Shown here piece after piece: positions 39,063 to 47,784 of a DNA stretch of 64,000 nt (position 1 is its first letter; the number at the start of each line of letters is the position of its first letter). Location of the stretch: positions 1,169-65,168 of the forward strand of contig JAHFDA010000007.1 of the NCBI GenBank assembly GCA_023249225.1. Direction: 5' to 3'. The notes under the pieces were generated by a model. The model worked only from the letters and a program-made list of their open reading frames with translations. It was not told the origin of the DNA and ran no database searches. The translations under genes and the position numbers were made by a program. The DNA is from a bacterium (GTDB lineage Bacteria > Margulisbacteria > Marinamargulisbacteria > JAHFDA01).

Positions 39063-40718
39063 CTAATAAAAAGGCCTTAAATCAAAAAAGGTGTTTTCTT
39101 TGTTCATGCCGTAGACCACGGTATAGGTTGGGTTTGCATAGCATTGATACGCGATGTCATGTTTTTGTGAAAAACGTTTCCAGGTATGCAGGTGGGCTGA
39201 ACCCGTAAAAAATATATACGGTCGTTCAGCTACAGGTTTACGCATCAAGGATCGATAGATAAAAATTTCATAGCTGGAGTCACGGGCGTAAGTCATCACC
39301 GGAATAGACTGGTGTTGTCTGCCCGAAAGATAGGTGAGCTTGTGACTGATCCAGTATTCAGAAAAGCTAAGGGCCAGCGCATGGTTGTCTAAAAAACCGA
39401 TCAGGTCTTGCATGTCGCTTTCAGCGGCATTGGGCGTCTGGCGATACAAACCTTGTTGCAGGGCGTAAACATGATAGTGGCATCCAATATAGGCCAGCGT
39501 GAAAACCAGAAACACCACAAGTGCTTTGCGTCCGCCACGCTGTTCAATCCATTCAAGAAACCGGCACCACAAAAAAGGGATAAAACCAAGCACCGGTATT
39601 AAAAAACGTACGTGCACGAAGTCATGCAATTGCCTGGACAAAATGGCCACGCCAAAGATCCATAGTAATCCAAGTATCATGATGGATTCTTCAGACAGCA
39701 GGCGTTTTTGCAGACTTAAATAGGCTTTGATCTCACCAAGATTGCGATGGATCACAAAAATGATAAAGCCAAACAGTATGGCCAGGTACAGATGGCCGGC
39801 GATTTTTAAGCTGGTGGGTAAGGTAAAAGACGCCACATGGGTCAGGTTTTGAATGCCACGGTAAAAGGGGAGCGACTCCGCTGGAATCCATTTAACGCCT
39901 GCATAGTAAGGCAGTATTTCTGTCACACAGAGTTTGAGCGATTGAAAGATGCTGGCGGGATCCGCCAAACCCATGACAGGACCACCCACATCGACCCGAA
40001 AAATTTTTGCCAGTATGCCTGGAGCGTAACCAAGCCCAAAACCCCCTAACGCAAGGTATCCGTTTTTTGTAGAGCCTATTTTTTTAATCAGTCCGCGTAC
40101 TCCGTTTTCAATGATGCCGATGGTTAAAAATAGTCCCAGGTAATAAATAGCCAGGGTATAGGTGTAGTAGGCAAAACCCATAAAAAATCCGGCAAACCAT
40201 AGCCAGGTTCTGGACGAGCTGCTGTTTTTTTTCCGGTATTTAAAAAAGCAAAACAAAGCCAGGGTTCCCAGGGCGGTGATGGTGGTATGTCCGCCTACCG
40301 CAAAAAAAGCAAAGTGTTTTGTGATCCAAATATTAAACGCCAGGGGCAGCGTTCCCCAAAAGGCGTACGTGACACCTATGCCCAAGAGGCGCAGTAACTT
40401 AAACGAAGTGCCCACCAGCACAAGGTAGGCTAAAAAAATACTAAACTTATAAGCGCCCGGACCGGCCCCCAGGATCAGTTGTGCCGGAATGGTGCCGGCC
40501 AGCTCGGTGATGCCCTGGTAGGGGGCCCCCGGTATGTTTAAAGGGCGATAATGTTCATGGATCATACGCTGGGATACGATGGCGTTATAGGCCTCATCGG
40601 CATCCAAATAACTGGCGGCATGCATCAAAAAGGGGATCTGGGTGAGCACCGTGATCAAAATGAGCGCAAAAAATGCCAACGGCTCACCAGATAAAATGAG
40701 TTTTTTAACTGGCACCAT
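39063..40718 (-). CDS. GT-C (ArnT/PMT-like) membrane glycosyltransferase
   Basis: DADEAYNA, PGAPYQG, AVGGH and GFAYYTY motifs; paralogue of 27843. Confidence 0.75.
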   Translation of the reverse strand: MVPVKKLILSGEPLAFFALILITVLTQIPFLMHAASYLDADEAYNAIVSQRMIHEHYRPLNIPGAPYQGITELAGTIPAQLILGAGPGAYKFSIFLAYLVLVGTSFKLLRLLGIGVTYAFWGTLPLAFNIWITKHFAFFAVGGHTTITALGTLALFCFFKYRKKNSSSSRTWLWFAGFFMGFAYYTYTLAIYYLGLFLTIGIIENGVRGLIKKIGSTKNGYLALGGFGLGYAPGILAKIFRVDVGGPVMGLADPASIFQSLKLCVTEILPYYAGVKWIPAESLPFYRGIQNLTHVASFTLPTSLKIAGHLYLAILFGFIIFVIHRNLGEIKAYLSLQKRLLSEESIMILGLLWIFGVAILSRQLHDFVHVRFLIPVLGFIPFLWCRFLEWIEQRGGRKALVVFLVFTLAYIGCHYHVYALQQGLYRQTPNAAESDMQDLIGFLDNHALALSFSEYWISHKLTYLSGRQHQSIPVMTYARDSSYEIFIYRSLMRKPVAERPYIFFTGSAHLHTWKRFSQKHDIAYQCYANPTYTVVYGMNKENTFFDLRPFY

Positions 40719-40774
40719 TCATCAGTACAACTTTGAACGGGAGCCCGCGACAAGTAAAGTATGAATAGTGCGGG
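40709..40774. mobile_element. Short inverted-repeat element, copy 3
   Basis: TTAA|CTGGCACCATTCAT...ACGGGAGCCCGC...AGTAAAGTATGAATAGTGCGGG|TTAA. Confidence 0.65.
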
Positions 40775-41520
40775 TTAAAACGCGGAACATGCTCGGCTTC
40801 ATTTTGGGTCTGGTGCTTTTAGCACTGGGCCGCAATGATGTGCGCTACCTTTTTAAATCGGCTTCGGTGCTTGCTTGCAACGAAATATTTTCGACACCCG
40901 GCAGTGCCGCAGCCCAGTTCGAAAAAAGTGCCAATCTCCTTTACTGTGGTCGCCTCATTGAAGCCATCCATGCCATAAAAAATTTGCCGCCCCCGTACCA
41001 GATTCGCGATGAGCTTGAGGCAGAATTTAATAACCAAATCAATATCCATACGGCCCGTTGGCAGCCAGGCGTGAATCTGGTTTTGGTGCACCTTTTTAAT
41101 AATGAATACGACGATGCGCTTGCAAGGAGCAACGCCAATTTACGTTCTTTTCCGGATCAGGCCTGGTGCAAACTGCTACATGCCTTTGTTTTAGCTAAAA
41201 AGGGGCAGATGCACGCAGCCGTTGGTATGGGGCATGAGGCCGATGCGATGCTGCCAGACCATCCTTTGCCGCCTGTGCTGCTTGCGATTGCCTACTGGGA
41301 ACTGGGGGATAAAGCATTGGCCTTGCGTACCCTTGGCGTGGCGCTATTGCGGCTGCGCCTTTTAGAAATAATGTGGGTGCTCAATGAAATCGTTCGAGGC
41401 CTGTTTAACAATCTTTCAGTGTTTGGCATGGTATTGGCTGGGGGAGTTTATTTTTGGATATTCCGCCGCATGGCGGGTATTCGGCAGAGTCTGCTGGGCG
41501 ATATCCGACGCTTGATTTAG
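40768..41520 (+). CDS. Membrane-anchored TPR-like protein
   Basis: Paralogue of 29494 (AIHAIKNL/AIKTLQKL, YDDALA/YADALV, LRLLEI/LRFSEI). Confidence 0.6.
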   Translation: MRVKTRNMLGFILGLVLLALGRNDVRYLFKSASVLACNEIFSTPGSAAAQFEKSANLLYCGRLIEAIHAIKNLPPPYQIRDELEAEFNNQINIHTARWQPGVNLVLVHLFNNEYDDALARSNANLRSFPDQAWCKLLHAFVLAKKGQMHAAVGMGHEADAMLPDHPLPPVLLAIAYWELGDKALALRTLGVALLRLRLLEIMWVLNEIVRGLFNNLSVFGMVLAGGVYFWIFRRMAGIRQSLLGDIRRLI

Positions 41521-41600
41521 CCCGCAGTTAAATTCCACATGATTTTGGGTGAAATATCGAAAATATTAAATCGATACATAATATAAGCGGCTCCTATCTT

Positions 41601-42104
41601 ATGAAGGCTATTTTATATAAGCGCGTTGCCGAATCCACCGACCCCTTCGAACGTGCGGCCAAGCGTTGGGGCGTCCGCAAGGACGGTATCCGTCATGACA
41701 CCAGGTCTTCTGATCGCAGACAGGATCTCCGGCCTTTTGACCCGCCACCCACTGTAGAGGATCTGGGCGAGCCCACGGTGGAAAAATTAATCCATTGCCG
41801 AAATCGAGAAGGTTATTTGAAAGCAGATTTGAAAAAGTATTCCAACGTACTCAAATACAATTTTGGAATGCTTGTATTCATTGGGGTAAGCCTGGGGCTT
41901 TCGATGAGTCAACAGTGGGATCCCCTATGGCCTACCCTGGCAATCCTGCTGGTCGCCGATTTTGCGGTCGAAGGCTGGGCCTTTACCAAGTACGCCCGGA
42001 CGGATCAAGCGATTTCAAAAAACCGCGCAGTGATGCTTGGCCTCGAGCTGGCCCTCTATAACCGGGGCATTCCTTTTTCGCCCGAAGACGACACGGCATT
42101 CTAA
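41601..42104 (+). CDS. Hypothetical membrane protein
   Basis: 167 aa with two hydrophobic segments; AT-rich upstream region. Confidence 0.55.
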   Translation: MKAILYKRVAESTDPFERAAKRWGVRKDGIRHDTRSSDRRQDLRPFDPPPTVEDLGEPTVEKLIHCRNREGYLKADLKKYSNVLKYNFGMLVFIGVSLGLSMSQQWDPLWPTLAILLVADFAVEGWAFTKYARTDQAISKNRAVMLGLELALYNRGIPFSPEDDTAF

Positions 42105-42143
42105 ACAACGCCGTAAGCACAGAAAGTCGTAAAATAATGGAAT

Positions 42144-43544
42144 ATGTCATGGTCTGATTCCATTCGCCGCATCCTGGTCATTCGCCCAGACCAGATTGGC
42201 GACTTGTTGCTGATTACGCCAGTGCTACGGGCCTTAAAAAAAAAATGTCCCGGCGTAGAAATCACGGCCTGCATCAAGCCTTACACCGCGCCCATTGCCT
42301 GCCGTATTCCTGAAATTGATGTCATCTTTACAGATCGCCTGCTACCAGGCCAATATACCTGGTCTGATTTTTGGCAGGTAGCAAACGAGATTCGCGCCCG
42401 TCAGTTTGACCTGGCCATTCATTTCACCACCGATTATCCCTACACACTCATATCTTTTTTGGCAGGTATTCGCTACCGGGTAGGAGATTATGCCCGCCTG
42501 GGGATGCGACCCTGGCTCAACATGCCTGTGCGTCAGCATTACCGTGATACCAGCAAGCACGAGATTGAACACAACTATGATCTTTGTAACATTTTTGACA
42601 GCGGACTTTCTGAAGAGCCGATGTCGCTGCGGGTCAGTGCCGAAGAAGTGCAAAAATTTCGGATGACCCATCAGCTTCCAGCGGGACCACTGCTTGCGGT
42701 GCATCTTGGGACGGGTGGCGGAAATAAGCCTTGGTTGCCTGAATCTTATGCGATGGTTTGTGACCAGATACTCCAAAAGTTTCAGATGCCATCCCTGGTC
42801 ATCGGGTCGCCTGCGGAACAATCTCTCGCGCAGCGGTTTATGGCCTCTGCAAAAGGGCGGCACCATGTCATGGTGGGTAAAACCGATCTTTCAGATTTGC
42901 CGTTGGCCATTGCCTGCGGTGATTATTTTTTGGGCGTCGATTCGGGACCCATGCATATTGCTGCTGCGCTACAAAAGCCCACCGTGGCTATTTTTCCAAC
43001 CAAAATGGTCAAGGCGGCACACTGGGGTCCCTGGCATGTGCCGCAAGAAATTGTGCATATGCAAACCGCTTGCGAGCTGCGTTGTGTGCCCCGCCAATGT
43101 GCTTTGGAGACCTGCTTAAAAGAACATCCGGTCGATGCGGTTTTTCAGGCTGTGTCACGGCTGATCGAAGGGCATTGTTCCAAAAATGCTTGGGATCAAA
43201 AGCTGCAACGCATCCGTAAAACACTGGGCATTGGTTTTATACACAAGGGCCATGGCCTTTTGCCGACGATGCAAACACAGATGCATCAGGTAAAAGCAGA
43301 AGGCTTCCAAGTCCGATTATTGCAGCTTGGCCCCTGGCAGGTCAGCGAACTGGCCGCTGCTTTAAATGCTTTTAACCTGCATGTATTGGTGGTGCCTTCG
43401 CACGTACAGCTCTGGCGCGTGGCAGCGGCCCTCACAGGCTCCAAAGTATTTATTCCACCCCTGGTGATCACGCCCGATGCTTTGGAAGCTGCCGAGGGGA
43501 ACGTGGCGCAACGCCTGGTGCAATGTTTTAACCCGTGCGAGTAA
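42144..43544 (+). CDS. GT9 with C-terminal extension
   Basis: DQIGDL, GGGNKPW, DSGPMHIA and HWGPW motifs; four-Cys motif. Confidence 0.88.
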   Translation: MSWSDSIRRILVIRPDQIGDLLLITPVLRALKKKCPGVEITACIKPYTAPIACRIPEIDVIFTDRLLPGQYTWSDFWQVANEIRARQFDLAIHFTTDYPYTLISFLAGIRYRVGDYARLGMRPWLNMPVRQHYRDTSKHEIEHNYDLCNIFDSGLSEEPMSLRVSAEEVQKFRMTHQLPAGPLLAVHLGTGGGNKPWLPESYAMVCDQILQKFQMPSLVIGSPAEQSLAQRFMASAKGRHHVMVGKTDLSDLPLAIACGDYFLGVDSGPMHIAAALQKPTVAIFPTKMVKAAHWGPWHVPQEIVHMQTACELRCVPRQCALETCLKEHPVDAVFQAVSRLIEGHCSKNAWDQKLQRIRKTLGIGFIHKGHGLLPTMQTQMHQVKAEGFQVRLLQLGPWQVSELAAALNAFNLHVLVVPSHVQLWRVAAALTGSKVFIPPLVITPDALEAAEGNVAQRLVQCFNPCE

Positions 43545-43578
43545 AATACCGTCATGGGTCAAAGGGCGGCCATCACGT

Positions 43579-44496
43579 ATGACTAAAACTCCGCAAATTT
43601 CTGTGGTCATCGGCACCTTTAACCAGGCCGCCAAACTCAATCTGGTGCTTAACGGATTTGCGCGGCAGACCCTTGCTAAGGATGCGTTTGAAGTGCTGGT
43701 GGCGGATTCCTGCTCTACCGACGATACGCGTACGATCTGTGAAGCCTTTAAGGCTGACATGGCGCTTACTTATTTATGTATCCAAAACCAGGGCAAGGCC
43801 AAAGCACGCAATCTGGCGGCCCAACAGGCCAGCGGGGCGGTTTTGTTTTTGACCGATGCCGACATGGTTCCGGCGCCTGACTTGCTTGAAGAACATCTCA
43901 AGGCCCACGGTCGGCTATCCACCCTGGCCATGTTCGAAGGCCTGACCTTTAATCTTAAAACCGAAACACTTCCAGCCGATCAGGCCATTAAAAGTCCTTA
44001 TATCACCAGATATTTGCGGTCGGGGCAGCGCCTGGGTTTTTATTATTTTTTAAGTGGCAATCTTTCGCTGCCACGGGATGTCTTTTTACAACACGGGGGT
44101 TTCGACGAGCGTTTTACGGGTTATGGCTGGGAAGATATCGAACTGGGATATCGACTGGTACGGCTGGGACGCGTCCCGCTGTGTTATCTGCCCGAGGCAG
44201 TCAATTATCACTATCATGTGCTTGCGGACGAAGAAGAGATCCACCGGGCGGTGGCCAAGGGCGTTGCGGCGCTGACCGTGCTTAAGCTGCATCCCGAACT
44301 ACGCAGTTTTTTAGGTTTAGACCCCTGGTTACTGCGCTTTTGGCAGTGGCTGGATCGGCCCGTCTGGGAGCAAAAAGCCTGGAAACAATTTCGAGAGGGT
44401 GGGGCTTTGGCACGGCGCCTAGTAAAATGGTGTTTGATGGAGATCTACTATCGCCGTGGTGCCAGGCAGGGTATGAAAGCAGAAGTTAGAAGGTAG
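43579..44496 (+). CDS. GT2 glycosyltransferase
   Basis: ISVVIGTFN, LFLTDAD and GFDERFTGYGWEDIELGYR motifs. Start moved to ATG 43579. Confidence 0.9.
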   Translation: MTKTPQISVVIGTFNQAAKLNLVLNGFARQTLAKDAFEVLVADSCSTDDTRTICEAFKADMALTYLCIQNQGKAKARNLAAQQASGAVLFLTDADMVPAPDLLEEHLKAHGRLSTLAMFEGLTFNLKTETLPADQAIKSPYITRYLRSGQRLGFYYFLSGNLSLPRDVFLQHGGFDERFTGYGWEDIELGYRLVRLGRVPLCYLPEAVNYHYHVLADEEEIHRAVAKGVAALTVLKLHPELRSFLGLDPWLLRFWQWLDRPVWEQKAWKQFREGGALARRLVKWCLMEIYYRRGARQGMKAEVRR

Positions 44497-44507
44497 AACG
44501 CAGAAGT
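44480..44507 (+). repeat. Heptamer tandem repeat at gene junction
   Basis: cagaagt tagaagg tagaacg cagaagt; contains the upstream stop codon. Confidence 0.6.
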
Positions 44508-46008
44508 GATTCCAATGACCACCCACATTCCTATAGATGATTCTGATCTTAAATTCAAAGACATTGCGCAGATGTCTCCTGCGGTTTCGGTGGTCATGGT
44601 TCACTTTCGCCACCCGGCGCAAACCTGGCAAGCCTTAGAAGCTTTGTTTGCTTCGACATTAATGTCTATCGAAGTCATTCTGGTCGATAACGGTAAAGAT
44701 GGTGGCGAGCCCTATGCGTTTGGACATCCGCAACTGCTGCGCCTGGCCAATGAACGTAACGAAGGTTTTGCCAAGGCTTGCAACCAGGGGGCGCGCAAAG
44801 CGCGGGGGGAATTTTTATTTTTCTTAAACTCTGATGCGCATGTGCATCCGGGTTGTATCGAGGCTTTAATGGCGTATTTGCGTTATCACCCTGACGTCAT
44901 GTTGGCAGGTCCGCAGTTGCTGTATCCCAATGGTCGGGTGCAGGGTCAGGGCAGCCTTCTCGGCGCAGGCCGTTGGGGTGGGTCCCATCCGCGCCATAAG
45001 GCCTTTATCAGCGGGGCGGCCATGTTGATCCGGGCAAAAGACTTTGGGGATTTGGGCGCATTTGACGAACAGTTTGTCTTTTACAATGAGGATGTAGACT
45101 TGTGTCGACGCATCCGCAGACAAAAAAAACACATGGCCTATGTGCCGACTGCCAAAGTCACCCATTTGGGTGGTGGCTCGGGAACGCAGACGCCTTTTAC
45201 AATTGAACACGGACATCAGGGTGCACTGCGTTTGGCACAAAAACATTATCCGCGCTGGGTGGCTGGCAGTTATCGTGGGTTGATGTTGGCCGAGACAGCG
45301 GTGTTAGGTTGTTGGTCGGCAGTCAGGCAAAAACCAGCGCAGGCGCAGGCCTATCGAAAAGTCCTGGGATGGCTTTGGCGGGCAGGTCGCGTGGCTTGTA
45401 CGGTTCTGTTGCTGATGGCTTTATCGACGCCTCTTTGGGCGGCCGAGTATGACGCCGAGCGGGTTAAACAAACCATCCATTGGCAGGCACAGGTGCAAAA
45501 AAATCCCGAAGACTCCCGCAGTCATTTTGAGCTGGCCATGATTTATGCGCTGACGGGACGGGTCGAAAAGGGCCTGGCTGAACTTGGAAAACTGCAGCCT
45601 AGTTATGCGCCCGACATTATCAAAGTGTACGAACCCCTGGTGCAATCTGAACCCTGGGATGCTGACCACCGCTTTAAATTGGCCTTTGCCTATTATTTTG
45701 CCAATCGAAAAGAAGATGCCAAGAAAATGTTCCAGCGCATTCTTGACGAGAACAATCCCGACCATGTGTGGGCTTTGGGCTATAAAGCGCTGATCATCGG
45801 TTACGAAGGCGACAACGATACGGTGATCAAGTTATGTCAACGGGCTCTCGAAATCGATAAAAATGCCGCAGGCATTTTGTACTTGCGCGGCGAAGCCTAC
45901 CGAAAAAAAGGCGATCTGTTTAAAGGGGCTACAGATATTCTTAAGGCCTTGCGTCTGCGGGCGTTAGACGAGCATGATTGGAAAAAATGGGAGCGCGAGG
46001 CGCGTTAA
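44506..46008 (+). CDS. GT2 glycosyltransferase fused to a TPR domain
   Basis: GFAKACNQG, FLNSDA and FYNEDVDLC motifs, then a signal-peptide-like segment and TPRs. Start may be 44572. Confidence 0.75.
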   Translation: MIPMTTHIPIDDSDLKFKDIAQMSPAVSVVMVHFRHPAQTWQALEALFASTLMSIEVILVDNGKDGGEPYAFGHPQLLRLANERNEGFAKACNQGARKARGEFLFFLNSDAHVHPGCIEALMAYLRYHPDVMLAGPQLLYPNGRVQGQGSLLGAGRWGGSHPRHKAFISGAAMLIRAKDFGDLGAFDEQFVFYNEDVDLCRRIRRQKKHMAYVPTAKVTHLGGGSGTQTPFTIEHGHQGALRLAQKHYPRWVAGSYRGLMLAETAVLGCWSAVRQKPAQAQAYRKVLGWLWRAGRVACTVLLLMALSTPLWAAEYDAERVKQTIHWQAQVQKNPEDSRSHFELAMIYALTGRVEKGLAELGKLQPSYAPDIIKVYEPLVQSEPWDADHRFKLAFAYYFANRKEDAKKMFQRILDENNPDHVWALGYKALIIGYEGDNDTVIKLCQRALEIDKNAAGILYLRGEAYRKKGDLFKGATDILKALRLRALDEHDWKKWEREAR

Positions 46009-46010
46009 TA

Positions 46011-46059
46011 CAGAACGCGGAATGGGGAATGCGGAATGCGGAATGGGGAATGGGGAACA
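46011..46059 (+). repeat. Heptamer tandem repeat (SGGAATG-type x7)
   Basis: cagaacg cggaatg gggaatg cggaatg cggaatg gggaatg gggaaca. Confidence 0.85.
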
Positions 46060-46608
46060 AAAAAATCCAAGAAGGCTATTCTGCATTTTTTACTGCTCGG
46101 TTTTGTGGTTGTTTTTTTGTTGGGGTTTTGGTGGTTCCGGCACCTACCCCAAATTTTTGAGGCTCCCTTAGGGTTAAGACCAGATGTAAGCTTTGAAGGC
46201 GTGCACTTAAGCGAGTGGCAGGGCAATCAGGCACAATTTTATTTGCGCGCGCAAAAAGCGGATTTTTACCAGGCACTCGGACATACCCAGTTGTATGACG
46301 TCAGTGGCACGGTGCCCCGCAGCGGTACGCTGCCAGAGTTTGAGTTTTATGCCCAGCGGGGTCTGTATCAACAGCGGGATGGCCGCTTTACCTGGGAGGA
46401 TATTCGCTTAAGCACCAAAACGTCTGATTCTCTTATTGTTCAGGCCGGTGCCTTGGACTGGGTGCCGGGCGCGGCGTTTTTAGACTGCCGCAGCGGGGTC
46501 ACATTTTGGCAAAAGAATGTGTCCGGTCAGGCTGCCCGTGCCGCCGCCAATCTCGAAAATGGCCATGTTAAACTTTGGGATGGTGTGCGGGCCACGATTC
46601 AACCGTAA
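46036..46608 (+). CDS. lptC: LPS export periplasmic protein LptC
   Basis: Single N-terminal TM plus beta-jellyroll pattern ending VRATIQP; directly upstream of the LptA-like gene. Confidence 0.7.
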   Translation: MRNGEWGTKKSKKAILHFLLLGFVVVFLLGFWWFRHLPQIFEAPLGLRPDVSFEGVHLSEWQGNQAQFYLRAQKADFYQALGHTQLYDVSGTVPRSGTLPEFEFYAQRGLYQQRDGRFTWEDIRLSTKTSDSLIVQAGALDWVPGAAFLDCRSGVTFWQKNVSGQAARAAANLENGHVKLWDGVRATIQP

Positions 46609-47143
46609 ATCTTTTTTGCTTTATTTTTTGCTTGGCATGGCCTTGATGTCGCCAGTTTCAGCTAGTGAAACCCCCACGCCTGATCAAATTATCATTGATG
46701 CGGATCGCTTTGAAGTGATTGGCCAAAGCAACGATGTTCTGGCGCAAGGCAACGTGCAAGTGGTGCAGGGTAGGGTGCGGGTGCAGGGCGCTGAAGCCAC
46801 GTACCGCCAAGCGGATCAAATTGTTTATATGCGTGGGCAGGTCGAGTTGTTTAACGAAGGCATTGTGTTGCGGGCTCCACAAGTTGATGTATATGGCAAT
46901 CAACGCTTGATTCATGCTTCTGGGGGCGTTGAGTTTACCTTGAACGATCTTAAAGGCCAAAGCGAGATGATCGATTTTGACATGCGAGCGCAGACCATGA
47001 CATTGACCGGAGAACCCCACGCTTCGCAAGGTAAAGACGAGGTGCAGGGTACGGTGATCAAGGTGTTGCTTCAAGAAAAACGCATTGTGGCCGAAGGCAA
47101 GACGCGTATTATTTTGTCACCGGAGACGGTCAAAGGACGCTAA
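46580..47143 (+). CDS. lptA: LptA/OstA family protein
   Basis: Signal peptide; IIIDAD, AQGNVQVVQG and LTGEPHASQG motifs; start uncertain. Confidence 0.8.
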   Translation: MVCGPRFNRKSFLLYFLLGMALMSPVSASETPTPDQIIIDADRFEVIGQSNDVLAQGNVQVVQGRVRVQGAEATYRQADQIVYMRGQVELFNEGIVLRAPQVDVYGNQRLIHASGGVEFTLNDLKGQSEMIDFDMRAQTMTLTGEPHASQGKDEVQGTVIKVLLQEKRIVAEGKTRIILSPETVKGR

Positions 47144-47146
47144 TTC

Positions 47147-47773
47147 ATGACATATGTCTTTGGCGACCAAACCCAGCCTTCCAGTGCCTGGTTCCATAGG
47201 CTAGACCCAAAAAAAAGGATCCGGTGGGCCACGGCCAATCAAGTTCATGGTCACAAAGTACTGCTGATTGGCCCGGAAAATATTCCTTCACACGGCATTG
47301 CAGGGGAGGCCGATGCCTTGCTTGCGCGTCACCCCGGCATAGGCCTGTGGATACGCACGGCCGACTGTCTGCCGCTTGTGATTGTTCAAAAAGGCGGTCC
47401 CTGGTTTGGCATCGTGCATGCCGGGTGGCGGGGTCTTGAGCGTGAAGTGATTTGCAAGACAGTTCAAGTTCTGCAGGCCCAGGGGGTTAGTCCATCAGCG
47501 CTCACGGTGCAGATCGGGCCCCATATCGATGGGCGCTGCTATCAGGTTGGTTCTGAATTATGTCAACGATTTGCGTCAATACCCTCTGCTATAATCAGTG
47601 ACGCATATCTCAATATGCAGGCGGTGGCCTGCGCGCAACTTGTGCGGATGGGGGTAGCACTGAAAAACATTCACAGCGTGCATCGCTGTACCCTTTGTGA
47701 TCCGCAGCTGGCATCGTTTCGGCGCAACCGCACAACGGCTCGAAACATTAGCGCGGTGGCTGTGGCAGTTTAA
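47147..47773 (+). CDS. pgeF: PgeF/YfiH family protein
   Basis: QVHG, TADCLP, HAGWRG, IGPHI and CT...SFRR motifs. Confidence 0.9.
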   Translation: MTYVFGDQTQPSSAWFHRLDPKKRIRWATANQVHGHKVLLIGPENIPSHGIAGEADALLARHPGIGLWIRTADCLPLVIVQKGGPWFGIVHAGWRGLEREVICKTVQVLQAQGVSPSALTVQIGPHIDGRCYQVGSELCQRFASIPSAIISDAYLNMQAVACAQLVRMGVALKNIHSVHRCTLCDPQLASFRRNRTTARNISAVAVAV

Positions 47774-47784
47774 GGAGCAGTGGC

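Noticed and set aside
27741..40778. Integron attC sites or Xer dif sites (AAC...GTT ends, GTTAAAT)
   Set aside because: Box spacing does not match attC, flanking genes lie in mixed orientations, there is no intI, and there is no TTATGTTAAA XerD arm.
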